Origin: Bacillota bacterium
GTDB taxonomy: Bacteria; Bacillota; Sulfobacillia; RBS10-35; JAJYVN01
Length of the DNA: 48,758 bases
Direction of reading: 5' to 3'
Assembly (NCBI GenBank): GCA_021791995.1
Contig: JAJYVN010000001.1
Coordinates: 1 to 48,758, forward strand
Part shown: positions 1 through 10,489 of the stretch, piece after piece
Numbering within the stretch: position 1 is the stretch's first letter
Layout of the letters: each line of letters starts with the position of its first letter
Position numbers and translations under genes: made by a program
The notes under the pieces: generated by a model
The model's database searches: none
The model's input: the letters and a program-made list of their open reading frames with translations, nothing else
What the model was told of the DNA's origin: nothing

Positions 1-492
1 CTTGGCCTGGCCTGGATCTACGGCATTGGGGTGCTCGTGCTGCTCGCGGTGCCACTGGCGGCGATAGCGGTGTACTACGCCGACAGTGTGAACAGGCGGA
101 CCTGGCTTCGCCGCTGGTGGCACCGGGCGACCTTCGTGCCGTTCTCGGCCATCGCCCTCTTCGGTTGGCTTCTTGGTGGCATTCCGGACGTCGCTCCGCG
201 GTGGCTCAAGGACGTTGCGGCGGTCATGCTGCATCAGTGGCACCTTGCTGGCGGAGTACCTGGAACGTGGGCGACGGCTGGGCACATGGCAGGCGAGCGA
301 CTCCTCTACGCGTGGTTCGCGAGCCTGGAGTTCGCCGGGGGGATGATCGGCCTCGAGTTAACCCTCGATCTTCTTGATTTGATCGTGAACGCGCTGCTCG
401 GCGGCCACGCGCGGGAGCAACTCACCGGTAAGGCGCCAGAGCGCGAGGCGGATCTGGGAAAAGCGGGGGTTGTCGATGACCTATCTGCTTGA
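1..492 (+). CDS. Membrane protein, 5'-truncated by window edge
   Basis: Frame 1 is open from base 1 (LGLAWIYGIGVLVLL...); several hydrophobic segments; overlaps the next gene. Confidence 0.6.
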   Translation, partial: LGLAWIYGIGVLVLLAVPLAAIAVYYADSVNRRTWLRRWWHRATFVPFSAIALFGWLLGGIPDVAPRWLKDVAAVMLHQWHLAGGVPGTWATAGHMAGERLLYAWFASLEFAGGMIGLELTLDLLDLIVNALLGGHAREQLTGKAPEREADLGKAGVVDDLSA

Positions 493-2413
493 TCAGATCA
501 TCCACTGGATCGCAGGTGCGGGCGTCTCGATTGCTGGTGATGTGGCCGGGTTCATCCTCGACATCATTGGGTGGATCCTGCTCCACCTGCTGGTCCATCC
601 GCTGATGTCGTACGTGATCGCGCCCCTGCTCGAGAATACGGTGTTCCACCCGACAACACTGACCGGAAGCGGTACCGTCGCCAAGATGGCGGGGAGCTTC
701 TGGCGGCTGTCGGCCGGTATCTCGGTCGGCCTCGCTCTGTTCGGCGGCTCTTGGGGCGTTTTCACGATGATGATTGGAGCCGTGGGAGAGAGGGCGCGAG
801 ACAGCCGGTCGTACATCGAGGCAGTGGTCGTCTATCTGTTCGTACTCATGGGCGGATTCTTGTTCATGAGCACGCTTCTGAGCATCGCCAACGTGGTGAC
901 GAAGGAACTCATTCAGACATCGTTCGCCATCTCCGCGTTCACGTCGAACACGGTCGTCGGCGCCGGGAGTGGCGTGGCGGCCGGGATCGCCTCGTTGCTC
1001 TACCCGGCGTCCTTGCTGGTGGTGGCGGGGTTCGTCGTGTGGTCGATAGCCGTGTGGATCATGCGTGAGGTCGACGTCATCTTCTATGTGGGGCTCTTAC
1101 CGATCACGGCGGCGCTGATGTTCGTGGGCAACCGCCAGGCGTTCGAGTGGAACTGGAACGAAGCCGTCGGCGCCGTGCTCTCCCAGATGGCCATGGCGGT
1201 GATGTGGTGGATCGCCTTCAGCCTGATGGGTGGCTCCTTCGTGCCGGCGGCTCCGACGAGAAACGCGGCGTTCGGAACCGAGATGCTAAACGTGCTGCTC
1301 GGCATCGGAGCGCTAACGCTGGTGACACGCGCTCCGTCCATGCTCCAGAACGTAACCGGGCACCGGACGGCGGGTGTGGCTGGCATGGCGATGGGAGTCG
1401 CCGCCGGGGCCCTGATGTCCAGAGGCGCACGGACGGCGATGAGCATGACGCCTGCAGGACAGGCGACGGAGATGATGGTGAAGGGACAGCAGGCCAAGGC
1501 CAAGGAGACGGTCGCGTCCTGGGGCAGTAAGGAGCACCGGACAGTTGGCGAGCGTGTGGCGGGTTCGCACACCGGGAAGGCCGTGGCCGGGCTTGCCGGC
1601 AAGGTCGGCTCCGCAGTCGGCAGCACCGCACCCGTGCGGGCCGGCAAGGCGGTTCTTGCGGGTGCGAAGGCCAAGGCGGGACAGATTGGCGCCTGGGCTT
1701 CCAGCGAAGAGAGCGGCGTGCTTGGTGACGCCGTAGCGCTTGCTGGGGGCGCGGCTGGCGGCGCGGCAAGAGTTGCTGGAGCCGCCCTTGACACTGGAGT
1801 CCGGGCAGCGCGTACGGCGGGCTCGCTCGCCTACCAGCCGCGGGCAACGATCGGACGCATGGCGACCCAGGCGCTGGGTGGGGCCGGCAAAGGCCAGTAC
1901 AACGTGGACACAGCTCGGTTGCGGGCGGAGCGGGAGGCACTTGGACCGGAGGCGACGGCAAACCTGCACCACATGAGTGTCGCCGAGCTCGACCAGCGGA
2001 TCGATACGCCAAAGACGGAGATGTATCCGAGGAAGGAACTGTGGAGCACAGGCGGCTCCGGCTCCGGTGGTGGATCGGGCGATCCGTCCGGCGGAGGGAA
2101 CGGCGGCGGCCCGAGCGGGTCGGGTGGTGTGCCGGGGTCGGGAACTCGCGATCCGGATGAGTTGCGTGCGCGGAGTGTTGAAGAGATGCTTCGTCACGAG
2201 CCAAAGGCGGCCGATCCCGATATGGCGAGCTTGGCGTCATCCACGCCACCGCCGGAGGACCGCACATCTGGAGCGCGGGCACACGATCTGCCGACTCCGA
2301 CCGAACCGCGCCTGGCGCCGGGCGTCGAACGGCGACGTCGGCAAGCGCGGCAAGGTCAGCAAGGAGCCCAGCGGCAGAATCCCAAGGAGCCACCACCGGA
2401 GCGTTGGGACTGA
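476..2413 (+). CDS. VirB6/TrbL-like polytopic conjugal transfer protein
   Basis: About 7 hydrophobic segments in the N-terminal half, then a long Ala/Gly/Pro-rich tail; directly upstream of prgI-virB4. Confidence 0.75.
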   Translation: MTYLLDQIIHWIAGAGVSIAGDVAGFILDIIGWILLHLLVHPLMSYVIAPLLENTVFHPTTLTGSGTVAKMAGSFWRLSAGISVGLALFGGSWGVFTMMIGAVGERARDSRSYIEAVVVYLFVLMGGFLFMSTLLSIANVVTKELIQTSFAISAFTSNTVVGAGSGVAAGIASLLYPASLLVVAGFVVWSIAVWIMREVDVIFYVGLLPITAALMFVGNRQAFEWNWNEAVGAVLSQMAMAVMWWIAFSLMGGSFVPAAPTRNAAFGTEMLNVLLGIGALTLVTRAPSMLQNVTGHRTAGVAGMAMGVAAGALMSRGARTAMSMTPAGQATEMMVKGQQAKAKETVASWGSKEHRTVGERVAGSHTGKAVAGLAGKVGSAVGSTAPVRAGKAVLAGAKAKAGQIGAWASSEESGVLGDAVALAGGAAGGAARVAGAALDTGVRAARTAGSLAYQPRATIGRMATQALGGAGKGQYNVDTARLRAEREALGPEATANLHHMSVAELDQRIDTPKTEMYPRKELWSTGGSGSGGGSGDPSGGGNGGGPSGSGGVPGSGTRDPDELRARSVEEMLRHEPKAADPDMASLASSTPPPEDRTSGARAHDLPTPTEPRLAPGVERRRRQARQGQQGAQRQNPKEPPPERWD

Positions 2414-2450
2414 GGGGGCGCTACGAGGCGCCCCCTCGCTATTGGTTGAG
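2412..2450 (+). terminator. GC-rich hairpin after virB6
   Basis: Perfect 10-bp stem GAGGGGGCGC/GCGCCCCCTC, 6-nt loop, tail GCTATTGGTTG. Confidence 0.5.
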
Positions 2451-2461
2451 GTGATGGTGCC

Positions 2462-2848
2462 GTGCAGGCGCGCGTTCCGGTGAACTACCGGCAATCGTTC
2501 AAGTGGTATGGGAACCTGGATGCGACTTCCATCGCGTTTGTCCTCGGCGGCGGCATGCTGGCGTTCAAGGTGCTGACGGGCCCCGCATCGTGGACGGTCA
2601 AGATTCCCGCCATGGCGGTATGTCTCGGCTTAGGTGCTCTGCTCGGTTTGGGCCGCTGGCCGCTCGAGTACGGGGACAACGCCGTGACCTGGCTGAGGCG
2701 GGCGATGACCTATCGCGGCCGTTTGCACAGCGCCCACTTGGTGCGGTCGCTGTCTCCCGCCGAGGCCGCGAGGCGAACCTGGGCATACGAGTCCAACGGC
2801 GGCGGTCGCGGTGCGGTGGGGGAGCGAACGCTGCGCGGTGCGGGGTGA
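2462..2848 (+). CDS. PrgI-family (VirB3-like) protein
   Basis: Small protein with two TM segments, located between virB6 and virB4. Confidence 0.7.
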   Translation: MQARVPVNYRQSFKWYGNLDATSIAFVLGGGMLAFKVLTGPASWTVKIPAMAVCLGLGALLGLGRWPLEYGDNAVTWLRRAMTYRGRLHSAHLVRSLSPAEAARRTWAYESNGGGRGAVGERTLRGAG

Positions 2849-2878
2849 TGAACGCTGTCGCGAAGGAGAGGTGATCTA

Positions 2879-5311
2879 GTGCTCAAGCTGTTGGCACCGA
2901 GGGTCGCAAAGACGGCCCCAGCGCCGCCTCGCGGTCCCCTGGACGTGCTGGTGGATGTGAAGGCTATCGAAGGTAGTGCCGTGCAACGCAAGGACGGCGT
3001 GTATGTGGGCATGGTGGAGGTCGAAGGTGAGGTGTTCGGGCTTCTCAGCCCGGAGGAGCAGAACGAACGCCTGGACGCCTTCGGGCGCGTGTTGAACGGA
3101 CTGCCATGGTCGGTGCAGATCACGTTGTTCACGGAGCCGGCGGACGTGACCGGGTACGCGGAGCAGATGGAGCTCGCGGCGTCCGAGTTAATGGAGGGAC
3201 CGCTCGCGACGGTGGCCGCGGCGCAGGCCGAACTGGCGCGTGACGTGTCGTCTGGCGTCCAAGCGGAATCGACGGTAATGACCATAACAGGCCGGACGTC
3301 CGCGGAGGCCGCCGACCGGGCACAACGCCTGGCGCGTACGCTCGAAGGCGTCGGCTTCAAGGCGCGGGTGTGCGGGGCGGACCGGCTGGGCGAGGTGCTC
3401 CAGACCGCTTATGGACACGCTGGGAGGGTCTCGTTGTCTGGCGTGATGGGTGGTGTGCAGGCGACCATCCGCCGCAGTGGTGGTGGCGTCGGAGCCAACG
3501 CGCCCAGGCTAGCGGAGGTCGTCTCGCCGGCCGCGGTGTCGGAGTCGCCCGGCATGCTGGACCTTGGCGGCACCTACGCGGCCACCTACGTAGCCGTAGC
3601 GTACCCGGGGACGGTCGGCAACGGCTGGATGGAGCCGCTCCTGCATTTCACGCGCGGGAACCTGAGGCGGCGGATCACGTTGCACGTGGCGCCGATCCCA
3701 ACGACCCAGGCGCTGAACGAGATCAACAAACAGCAGTCGAACCTCGACCTCTCTGCCTGGTGGTCGGCGAGGCAGGGGCGGCGGCCCGACGTCTATACGG
3801 ACGAGGCGCGGGTGGACGCGGACGAGCTGCGCCAGGAGCTTGCCCGCGGCTACCAGCGCATGTTCGACGTGACGGTGCTCGTCACGATCTTCGCGGATAC
3901 CGCCGAGGAGTTGCGTCAGGCTGGCGCGGACCTCAAGCAAGAGGCGGCCGGCCTGACGCTGGCCCTTCGCGAGTGCTACCTCGAAGAACTGCCGGCCTTC
4001 CGGTCGACGGTTCCGCTGGGGCTGTGCCTCATCGACCGGCCCCGGCCGTTGCCGACGGTTGTGACCTGCACGACCTTTCCGTTTACGGCGGGTGAGCTTC
4101 TGCACGTCGCCGGCCTTCTCTGGGGGGTCAACTTGCTGACGGGCAACGCGGTCGTGGTCGATCCGGCACGGGTGCCCCAGCCGCACCTCCTGTTCGTCGC
4201 TGCCACGCGCTCGGGCAAGTCGTTCGCGTTCAAGACCCTGGTGGCCCAACTCCTGGCCCTGGGCTGGGATGTGGTGGTGATCGACCCGTCGCCGGCCATC
4301 GACTATCAACGTTACACGGAGGCCCTTGGTGGCACCTACGTGCGCTTCGGCGTCGGCTACCCGCACCGGATCAATCCGTGCGAGATCCTTCTTCCGGTGG
4401 ATGCCTCACGCATGGACGATCCGGACTTCGGGCGACCTGTCTCGACCAAGGTGGCGTTTCTGAAGGCGCTCATCGAAATGATGGCCTACCCGGACGACAA
4501 GATGCCGGCCCAGGTCCGGGCGCTTCTCGAGGAGCCACTGTTCGCCGCGTACACCGAGAAGGGCATGACCGACGACTGGCGGAGCATCGTCGACACGAGC
4601 CACGCTTCGACCCGCCTTCGGGCCCGGCCGTCGCCGACACTGGAAGACGTGCTCAGGCATGTCGAGTCGGCGAAGGGGCTTGAGGACCTCGCTGTGCGCC
4701 TGAGGCCCTTCGTGAGGGGCACGCTTGGGATGTTCAGCGGGGAGACCAACGTCCGTACCGACGGCCGCCTCGTGGTCTTCAACGTGCAGGCGCTCGTGCA
4801 GACCGGAGGGACGCACCTCCAGACCGTTGCCTACGCCATGATCGCCGAGTACATCCAGACAAGGCTCCTCGCGTCGCGCAACCGGACTCTGGTCGGCGTA
4901 GACGAGGCACACCTACTTTTCCGGCGCGAGGACACGGCCCAGCTCGTCACGTTCCTCGCGCGCACGGCGGGCAAGCTCGGTGGAGCGGCGGCCATGATGA
5001 CCCAGAGCATCACCGACCTTGTGGGCGACCCGCACACCGGAGTAAGCGTACCGGGTGAGGCGCAGGCACGCGTGTACCTGGGGCAGGTCGGTACGACGCT
5101 GCTCCTTCGCAATCCGAGGCAGAACGATCGGGACCTGCTCGGTGAGGTCTACAACATCTCCGAGGCCGAGAAGCGCTTTCTCGGGCGGGCAAGGCCCGGC
5201 CAGGGTCTTCTGCTCACGGTCGACGACCGCGCGGTACTGGAGGTGGTCGCCCCGGATGTGCTGGTGCCGCTCCTACTGACGAATCCCGGAGAGGTTGGCG
5301 AGTCGGTCTGA
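2879..5311 (+). CDS. virB4: VirB4-family conjugative transfer ATPase
   Basis: 810 aa; Walker A AATRSGKS, VIDP, RINP, Walker B VGVDEAH, MTQS, PGQG motifs. Confidence 0.9.
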   Translation: MLKLLAPRVAKTAPAPPRGPLDVLVDVKAIEGSAVQRKDGVYVGMVEVEGEVFGLLSPEEQNERLDAFGRVLNGLPWSVQITLFTEPADVTGYAEQMELAASELMEGPLATVAAAQAELARDVSSGVQAESTVMTITGRTSAEAADRAQRLARTLEGVGFKARVCGADRLGEVLQTAYGHAGRVSLSGVMGGVQATIRRSGGGVGANAPRLAEVVSPAAVSESPGMLDLGGTYAATYVAVAYPGTVGNGWMEPLLHFTRGNLRRRITLHVAPIPTTQALNEINKQQSNLDLSAWWSARQGRRPDVYTDEARVDADELRQELARGYQRMFDVTVLVTIFADTAEELRQAGADLKQEAAGLTLALRECYLEELPAFRSTVPLGLCLIDRPRPLPTVVTCTTFPFTAGELLHVAGLLWGVNLLTGNAVVVDPARVPQPHLLFVAATRSGKSFAFKTLVAQLLALGWDVVVIDPSPAIDYQRYTEALGGTYVRFGVGYPHRINPCEILLPVDASRMDDPDFGRPVSTKVAFLKALIEMMAYPDDKMPAQVRALLEEPLFAAYTEKGMTDDWRSIVDTSHASTRLRARPSPTLEDVLRHVESAKGLEDLAVRLRPFVRGTLGMFSGETNVRTDGRLVVFNVQALVQTGGTHLQTVAYAMIAEYIQTRLLASRNRTLVGVDEAHLLFRREDTAQLVTFLARTAGKLGGAAAMMTQSITDLVGDPHTGVSVPGEAQARVYLGQVGTTLLLRNPRQNDRDLLGEVYNISEAEKRFLGRARPGQGLLLTVDDRAVLEVVAPDVLVPLLLTNPGEVGESV

Positions 5312-5322
5312 GTGACATGATC

Positions 5323-5360
5323 GAGGCCCGCCCTGTGTGGCGGGCTTCTTCGTTGGTGGC
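5323..5360 (+). terminator. Intrinsic terminator-like hairpin after virB4
   Basis: GAGGCCCGCC/GGCGGGCTTC stem, tail TTCGTTGGTGG. Confidence 0.6.
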
Positions 5361-5413
5361 CCTTGGGGTGTGGTAGGTGCGCTTCGTCGATGTCAGAACG
5401 GAGGAATGACGGC

Positions 5414-7276
5414 ATGACGGTTCGCGTTCATCTTTGCTGTCCGGACCCGCCGGCCGGCGCCATCGCGGAGGTTATTGCGTCCGCCGAGGGCGTGATCGCC
5501 GGCACCTCCGCAGTGCTCGACGATCTTCTGCGGCAGGATCTGGACTGCGACGTGTTGGCGCTGGCCTCGATCACGCCCGGCAGCATGCCCACGGCGATGG
5601 CGGTCAGCCGTGTACGCGCCACGTGGCCGCGGGTGCGGGTGATCCTGCTTCTAGACGCACCCAACGAAGCCCTAACGGACGAGGCGATGAAGGCAGGCGT
5701 CTACGACTGGACCGTGGGCGACAGCCTATCGCATGAGCTGCCCGGACTCTTGCGGCAGCCGCGTAGCTACGCTGACGTGGTGGGAAACGTGGCTTCGCCG
5801 CCAGCGGCCCCGAGTGTGGAATTCGCATCGGGCGAGGTCCGCAAGATCGCGCTCGGCTTCGGCGCCAAGTACGTACCGATGGTGGAACGGCTCCTCGAGA
5901 CCTCGCACGCGGGGGAGTTCACGATCGCTGCTCGCGCCGAGACGTTCGAGGACTTAGTGCGCTTCATGACGCCGGACATCGACGGCGTGCTGACGATCTC
6001 CAACTTGCCTTCGGCGGGCGGCTTTGATTTGGAGACTCGCGTAAGGCTCTTGGCAGGGGCGGCGCGCCGGGCGCAGGTGGCGGTACTCCTGTTGCCTACC
6101 GACCTGCCGAGCGCAGACGCGCTTCTTGAACAGGCCGGCCTTCTCGCCTTGCGCGGAGAGACTCGAGCCGAAGGGCGTGTGTCGTTTCCCTCGACGGTGG
6201 TTGACCCGCTCTTCCGGCGCATGTCGCAGGCGACGCGGAAACTGGCCGGGGTACCGGTGCGTGACGAGCCAGTTGGCCGGCCCATATGGCGAGAGCCCGT
6301 GCGCGCGAGCCAAGCGGGCGTCGGTGTGGTAGGCACCTCTGTCCCGGGCGGGGGCACGATCTCGGTACCAGTACCGAGCAGGGTGATCGGGGTCTTCTCG
6401 GCCGCTACGGGAGTCGGGAAGACGAACGTGGCGCTGAACGTAGCGATTCTAGCGGGTCGCCTCGGTATCACATCCCTTCTGCTGGACCTGTCGACGTTGC
6501 CTCCGGGCAACGCTGCGCTGCGTCTTGGGTTTCCGCTCTCGGACCAGCCAGGTCTCGAGGCGCTCCTTCAGGGTGAATGGGACGACGACTTCTACCTGCG
6601 GCTGAAGCTGAGGTATGAGGATACGCAGACCTACACCCTCCGGCCGATCTCCGAACGCGTCCTCGGGACGTTGCGTGACGCCCGTCCAGGGGCGTTCGAG
6701 CGCCTAATCGAGTTCTCGCGGGCACAGTACGCGCTGACCGTCATCGACACGTCTCCGGTGCTCGACGACGAGAGCGTGCTTGTGGCGCTGGACCGGGCCG
6801 ACAAGGCGCTCTACGTGATCGACGCGACAGACGACCGGGTGGAGCAGTCCGTGGCGCGGCTCTCCTGGGTACAGCACTCCATGTCGGACCCTTCGCGGCT
6901 CACCATTGTCATCAACAAGGTCGGCCCGGGCGGATGGGCGCCTGCGGACATCCTCGACCGCCTGGGTATGCCGGACGCGCAGGCGATCGTGCTTCCGAGC
7001 GAGGAGGTTCGCCACCGGCGGGCTCTCATGGCCCACCGCCCGATCGCCATGGACGTTGGCCCACAGGACCCATGGGCGAAGTTGTTCGTCACGGTGGCAG
7101 GCGACCTCGTCTCCCTGGACCGCCGCAAGCGGTGGGTGGATCGGCCGACGCCGGCCCCGCGACGAGGCGGGCCCGATAGGCGTAAGGCTGACGTGTCGCA
7201 CGAGACGAGTGGGGACAGGGGGCTTGCGCGCATCGTGCGCTGGCTCGCCTCATCCTCGGACAGGGCGCAATTGTAG
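5414..7276 (+). CDS. CpaE/TadZ-like pilus assembly protein (atypical receiver-like domains + MinD/ParA-like ATPase)
   Basis: GGAGGA RBS before ATG 5414; deviant Walker A SAATGVGKT, VIDT, VINK; immediately before cpaF. Confidence 0.8.
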   Translation: MTVRVHLCCPDPPAGAIAEVIASAEGVIAGTSAVLDDLLRQDLDCDVLALASITPGSMPTAMAVSRVRATWPRVRVILLLDAPNEALTDEAMKAGVYDWTVGDSLSHELPGLLRQPRSYADVVGNVASPPAAPSVEFASGEVRKIALGFGAKYVPMVERLLETSHAGEFTIAARAETFEDLVRFMTPDIDGVLTISNLPSAGGFDLETRVRLLAGAARRAQVAVLLLPTDLPSADALLEQAGLLALRGETRAEGRVSFPSTVVDPLFRRMSQATRKLAGVPVRDEPVGRPIWREPVRASQAGVGVVGTSVPGGGTISVPVPSRVIGVFSAATGVGKTNVALNVAILAGRLGITSLLLDLSTLPPGNAALRLGFPLSDQPGLEALLQGEWDDDFYLRLKLRYEDTQTYTLRPISERVLGTLRDARPGAFERLIEFSRAQYALTVIDTSPVLDDESVLVALDRADKALYVIDATDDRVEQSVARLSWVQHSMSDPSRLTIVINKVGPGGWAPADILDRLGMPDAQAIVLPSEEVRHRRALMAHRPIAMDVGPQDPWAKLFVTVAGDLVSLDRRKRWVDRPTPAPRRGGPDRRKADVSHETSGDRGLARIVRWLASSSDRAQL

Positions 7277-7288
7277 TGAGGTGAGGGC

Positions 7289-8803
7289 ATGGAGGAAGAA
7301 GCGGTACTGCACGATACCCGGCACGACCTTCGCGCGATCTGGGCAAACAGGCGGGGGTCCGCGCCGGCCTTAGGGGAGACCCGAGGGCCTGCTGCGCTCC
7401 AGGAGCAGCGGAGCATCTACGACCAGGCCGTGGACGAAGTGATGGACCGCATGGCGCGTGAACATGCCGACCTTCTCAGCAAGGACATCATCGGGGACGT
7501 GTACGCGCAGTTGCGCATCAAGACCCTGATCGCCCAATACGCCCAGGAGACGCGGACGGTCCGGCTCACGCAGACGGAGATCGACCACGTACGGCGGCGG
7601 TGCGAGGGCAAGATGTTCTTGCTGGGAGACCTGGCCGAGATCCTGAACGACCCGGACGTGCTCGAGATTCAGATGGTCTCGACGAGCGGCGTCCAGCGCG
7701 CTACGTCGCGCCGCCGGAGTCGCCCGTACGCGGAGGATCCCGCAGTCCGGTTCGCCCCCGGGACCGACCCGGTGAAGGAGCTTCAGCACTTCGCGGGACT
7801 CTACGGCACCAAGCTGGATGCCTCGACCCCGTACGCCACGTTCATGGCGGGCCCCTGGCGGGTGAGCATCCACATCCCACCGCACGTCATGCACGACTTT
7901 ACCCTCACCATGCGGCGAGGAGTCGACGACACGAACACGCCGACCCGCGAGCAGCTTCTGGCCCACGGGACGGTAGACGAAACCACCCTGGGGCTCCTGT
8001 ACGCCATCGTGGACAGCTTCCAGACCGCGGTCATCTTCGCCCCCCAGCGGTCGGGAAAGACCTTTCTCCAGACCCACCTCATCAACCACATCGACCCGAA
8101 CGACGGCAACACGGTCCTGATCCAGGACATCGTGGAGATCACGCCCACGGTGCCGGTGATGAGCATGTACGCCGTGAGCCGGCCGGAGAGCCCGATCGAC
8201 ATGCGTACCCTGAGCGCGTGGTCCCTGCGTGAAAGCGCGGTTCGGGTGGTCGTCGGGGAGATCCGCCTATGGGAGACGGTCGCCCTGATGGACACGGCGC
8301 AGCAGGGCACAGGCGCCCTCGCGACGGGCCACGCCACCTCGCCGCTGGAGATGACGCACCGGCTGGTGGACACGTACCTGCACACGACGGAGAACATCAC
8401 GGACGCCGTGGCCTTCCGCAAGGTCCACTCCGCGATCGACTTCTACATCGAGATGCAGCGATTCGAGGGTCCAAGGCGCAAGGAGAGCTTTCGGGTCCGG
8501 GGCATCTACGAGCTCCTTCCGACGGAGGGCGTGGTGACCGAAAGGGACTTCCGGCCGATCATCCTCTACCGGCACGAGGGCTTCGACCGGAAGACGGGTG
8601 AGGAGATCGGGCACCACGAGGTGGTAAACCCCCTCTCGCCCGACAAGTACGAGGCCATGCTTCTGCGCTCGAGCTACAAGGTGCGGGTGCCGGAGGCGGT
8701 TCGACCGAAGGAGGTGGCGACGCCTACCGCCTCGCCGGCCGACGATGCTGGCGGGGGCGTGGAGTCGATCGAACTGGACCTTGGAGAAGGGACCCCGGAA
8801 TGA
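7289..8803 (+). CDS. cpaF: CpaF/TadA (VirB11-family) pilus assembly ATPase
   Basis: Walker A APQRSGKT, Asp box IQDIVEI, Walker B VVGEIR, His box TGHA. Confidence 0.88.
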   Translation: MEEEAVLHDTRHDLRAIWANRRGSAPALGETRGPAALQEQRSIYDQAVDEVMDRMAREHADLLSKDIIGDVYAQLRIKTLIAQYAQETRTVRLTQTEIDHVRRRCEGKMFLLGDLAEILNDPDVLEIQMVSTSGVQRATSRRRSRPYAEDPAVRFAPGTDPVKELQHFAGLYGTKLDASTPYATFMAGPWRVSIHIPPHVMHDFTLTMRRGVDDTNTPTREQLLAHGTVDETTLGLLYAIVDSFQTAVIFAPQRSGKTFLQTHLINHIDPNDGNTVLIQDIVEITPTVPVMSMYAVSRPESPIDMRTLSAWSLRESAVRVVVGEIRLWETVALMDTAQQGTGALATGHATSPLEMTHRLVDTYLHTTENITDAVAFRKVHSAIDFYIEMQRFEGPRRKESFRVRGIYELLPTEGVVTERDFRPIILYRHEGFDRKTGEEIGHHEVVNPLSPDKYEAMLLRSSYKVRVPEAVRPKEVATPTASPADDAGGGVESIELDLGEGTPE

Positions 8804-9696
8804 CCGCAGCCGTTGTGGTGCCGGCATCGGTCGTTGTCGCCGCGGCATGGGGATACGTGGCCTTCGAGGAAGCGAACGCAGTCCTGAAGGCCCGGGTCGT
8901 CAGCGGGGTTCAGGCGCGCCCCCTGAGGGTGCGGATGAGGTCTCGCGTGACTGCGGCTCTGGCCACCGGAGCGCCTCTACCCGTGCGGGTCGCGGTGGGG
9001 GCCCTCCTGGGCCTGTCTGTGTACCTGCTTGGGGCTAACGTAGTCGTGGCTCTGATTGCCTGGGTCGTCGGCGCGACCGCCCTTCAGACGATCTCTCGCG
9101 CACGCGCTGCGATTCGCCACAGGCGGGTGGTCGAGCAGATGCCGGCGTTTCTCTCGGGGGTTCTGATGAGCTACCTGACGGAGGGGAGCCTGCCCCGGGC
9201 CGTGGAGAAGATGGCTCCCGACGTTCCGAACCCCTTGGGGGCCGTCATCCGTGGGGCGATCGCGCCGGTGCGGGCGAACGTGGGGGGGATGCGAAGGACC
9301 GTGGGTGAGGTCCTCTGGGATCAGGCCCTCGACCACGGCATCCGGAGCCTTCAGCGCCTCGCGCACACCCTGCAACAAGCCGAAAAGGGAGCCGCGAGCG
9401 CGGCCGTGTACAAGGCGCTCGAAGACATCGAGAAAGAGCTTCGGGAGGACGAGAGGCTTCAGCGCGGGCGCATCCTGGCGTCACGGCAATCGACCCTGAT
9501 CGTTCAGCTTGGGGCAGTGGGGGCGGGCGCGTTCTACGTCGCCCTCGGCCTCATGGGTTACGGGCGGATCATGCGCAGTGGATTCGGGGTCCTTGTCACG
9601 GCGGTGGCGGCGGCTCTGGTGGGCGTCAGCCTGCTGATCGCCTATGCCGCGGCGCGGCGTGCGGCGCCGGGTCAGGCGGCCCACAAGAGGGGGTAA
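8800..9696 (+). CDS. tadB: TadB-like platform protein (T2SS-F family)
   Basis: ATGA overlap with cpaF; TM segments flank an EQMPAFL...GSLPRAV domain. Confidence 0.75.
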   Translation: MTAAVVVPASVVVAAAWGYVAFEEANAVLKARVVSGVQARPLRVRMRSRVTAALATGAPLPVRVAVGALLGLSVYLLGANVVVALIAWVVGATALQTISRARAAIRHRRVVEQMPAFLSGVLMSYLTEGSLPRAVEKMAPDVPNPLGAVIRGAIAPVRANVGGMRRTVGEVLWDQALDHGIRSLQRLAHTLQQAEKGAASAAVYKALEDIEKELREDERLQRGRILASRQSTLIVQLGAVGAGAFYVALGLMGYGRIMRSGFGVLVTAVAAALVGVSLLIAYAAARRAAPGQAAHKRG

Positions 9697-9755
9697 CCGA
9701 CGCCGAGCGCCAGGGAACTGCCGCGTCGGAGATGCTCTCCGGCAAAAGAGTGGAC

Positions 9756-10489
9756 TTAACCCTTGTGGAGATAGCCCTTCAGGTGGGGGAATTCGCTGCT
9801 TGTCGCCAAAGCGACCGCGATGATGTCCCGGCGCTGCCGCTCAAGGGTCTTGCGGCTGACCGAGACAAGATCCTCTAGCGCTTTGAGTGGAAGTTCGTGG
9901 CGAGCGAGAAGGTGGTGCAAGAGTCGTGGATCGGCGGCCACCAGTTGACCGATGGCCATCGCGCTACGGCGGCTATCGTCGTGGCGAGGGCAGATTCGCA
10001 CCAATTCCTCAAGACTCAGGCCGAAGTGATGCAGGCGGGCCTCAAATCTAAGGATCTCCTCGCGTCGAGCCTCGGCTTCTTGGTCCTGGCGCCTTCCTCA
10101 ACCGTTGCCTGATCCTGGACGGACACGTCGGCGTAGCCTGCCTCGCCTTCCCGCTCCAGGTCTGACATAACCACCTCTGTCCGGCGGTGGCGGCGGTAGT
10201 GATCGACCAGGCGGCGCCGGATGACCTGCTGGGCGAAGCGAACGAAGCTTCGACCGCGATCCGGGTCGAAGCTTGTGATCGCCTCGTTGAAGGCGATCAG
10301 TGCAATGGCGGCTTCGTCGTCCTCCTTGTATATGTAGCGCCCCGTCGCGCGGGATGCCATGCGCAGGAGGAGGGGACCGTAGCGAACTATTAGCTGGGTT
10401 CGGGCTTCGTCATCCCCGGCCTTGGCTTGGCGAAGGAGTGTCGTGGTCGTTTCCGGGGTGAGATTGCGCGTGCATCCCAAATTGCGCAC
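9756..10489 (-). pseudogene. sigI: SigI-family sigma factor, frameshifted
   Basis: N-part DDEAAIALIAFNEAITSFDPDRGRSFVRFAQQVIRRRLVDHYR; C-part in another frame EILRFEARLHHFGLSLEELV...PRHDDSR...VSRKTLERQRRDIIA; frame change near 10093. Confidence 0.85.

Noticed and set aside
9697..9755. att site or integron-like cassette boundary at cargo junctions
   Set aside because: Only a weak 7-bp inverted repeat; no sequence shared with the junctions near 22200, 23050, 26016 or 38800
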